Below are positions 63,199 to 64,000 of a stretch of DNA of 64,000 nucleotides, in pieces; the stretch's first letter is position 1; every line of letters begins with the position of its first letter. The notes beneath the pieces are model-generated. The model ran no database searches. It was not told the DNA's origin and saw only the letters and a program-made list of their open reading frames with translations. Source of the stretch: Camelus dromedarius (Eukaryota); NCBI RefSeq assembly GCF_036321535.1, contig NC_087472.1:94304001-94368000 (forward strand), given 5' to 3'. The position numbers and the translations under genes were made by a program.

Positions 63199-63720
63199 CA
63201 ATGTTAGCTTCCCAGGACTGCTCTAACAAATTATCACAAACTTGGTGGCTTAGAACAACAGAAATGTATTTTCTCATTGTTCTGGACTCCTGAAATTTGA
63301 AATGAGGGTGTGGGCAGGCTTGGTTGCTTTTTGGAGGCTCTGAGGAAGAATCTGTTCTGTATCTCTCATCGCTTCAGGTGCTTGCTGGCTGTTCTTGGCA
63401 TTCCTTAGCTTATGACAGCGTAACTTCCAATCTCTGTCTCCATCTTCACATGGCCATCTTCCCTATGTGTGTGTCCAAATTCTCTTTTTATAAGGACACC
63501 AGGACACTAGTCATTTGATAAGGATCCACCCTAATCCAGTATAATCTCATCTTCTCTTGATTTTATATATACACACACACACACACATACATACATACAC
63601 ATACGCACACACGCACACACACACACACACAAAGACAGTATTTCCAAATAAGGAAGGTCACATTCTGAGATTCTGGGTGGACATGAACTTGGGGCAGGAG
63701 GCACTGTTCGATTCAGTATG
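63199..63720 (-). mobile_element. MaLR LTR, MLT1C-like, containing a (CA)n microsatellite (~63565-63630)
   Basis: 'taacaaattatcacaaacttggtggctta.aacaacagaaat...ataaggacaccag...tttccaaataagg..aggtcacattctgag'. Confidence 0.9.
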
Positions 63721-63769
63721 ACTCTAACTCCACCAAGGGGATAAAGATTTGGTTAAAAGGCAAGCAATT

Positions 63770-63950
63770 AACATTTATTAGGTATTTACTTATTCATTTA
63801 GTCTATCTCATATAATTGACCTTAACACTGTGAAGTAAGTAGCACTATCTCTCTTTGACAAATGAAAAACTAAGGTTAAAAGAAAGTAAGTAACTTGTCT
63901 GAGGATTTATGGTCAGTTTGTAGCAGAATTGGACTTAAATCAGATTCTGA
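63770..63950 (-). mobile_element. MIR SINE
   Basis: 'aacatttatt...aacactgtgaagtaagta...acaaatgaaaaactaaggtt...aagtaacttgtc'. Confidence 0.8.
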
Positions 63951-64000
63951 TTTTTCTTTTTTCTTTCTTTTTTGTTGAAGTATAGTTGATTTACAGTGTT
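63951..64000 (-). mobile_element. Start of an L1 3' tail (runs off the window)
   Basis: Poly-T followed by 'ttgaagtatagttgatttacagtgtt'. Confidence 0.8.

Noticed and set aside
57..63518. All ORFs in the supplied track as protein-coding genes
   Set aside because: Short (60-161 aa), often non-ATG starts, low-complexity F/L/I-rich, mostly within repeats. The only recognisable peptides are decayed L1 ORF2.

Overview
AT-rich, repeat-dense mammalian non-coding DNA, not prokaryotic. Three tRNA-Ala-derived SINEs resembling camelid vic-1, plus young cetartiodactyl-type L1 3' ends, point to a camelid genome (alpaca, llama or camel). I see no protein-coding gene, functional RNA gene or CRISPR array. 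The supplied ORFs are chance ORFs or decayed LINE-1 ORF2 pieces. The window holds about 10 ERV1-class LTRs (most with recognisable TG...CA ends, six with intact 4-bp TSDs, 9 of 10 on the minus strand) and one decayed ERV internal remnant. It also has several MaLR LTRs, a ~14-kb mostly minus-strand L1 block (~34.5-48.4 kb), and many hAT/TcMar MITEs, MIRs and L2s. Repeat-free islands (~3-3.8, 14.9-15.9, 25.2-25.7, 54.0-54.6, 59.2-60.7 kb) look like candidate regulatory elements. The most notable structures read directly from the sequence are a 158-bp, 97%-identical copy of ERV internal sequence 7.5 kb from its source, a ~185-bp micro-inversion inside L1 ORF2 with an inverted breakpoint duplication, and a well-bounded 114-nt candidate plus-strand exon. 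I found no evidence of a new biological system. Repeat family names come from recalled consensus sequences and need RepeatMasker/Dfam confirmation. Coordinates of old repeats are approximate.
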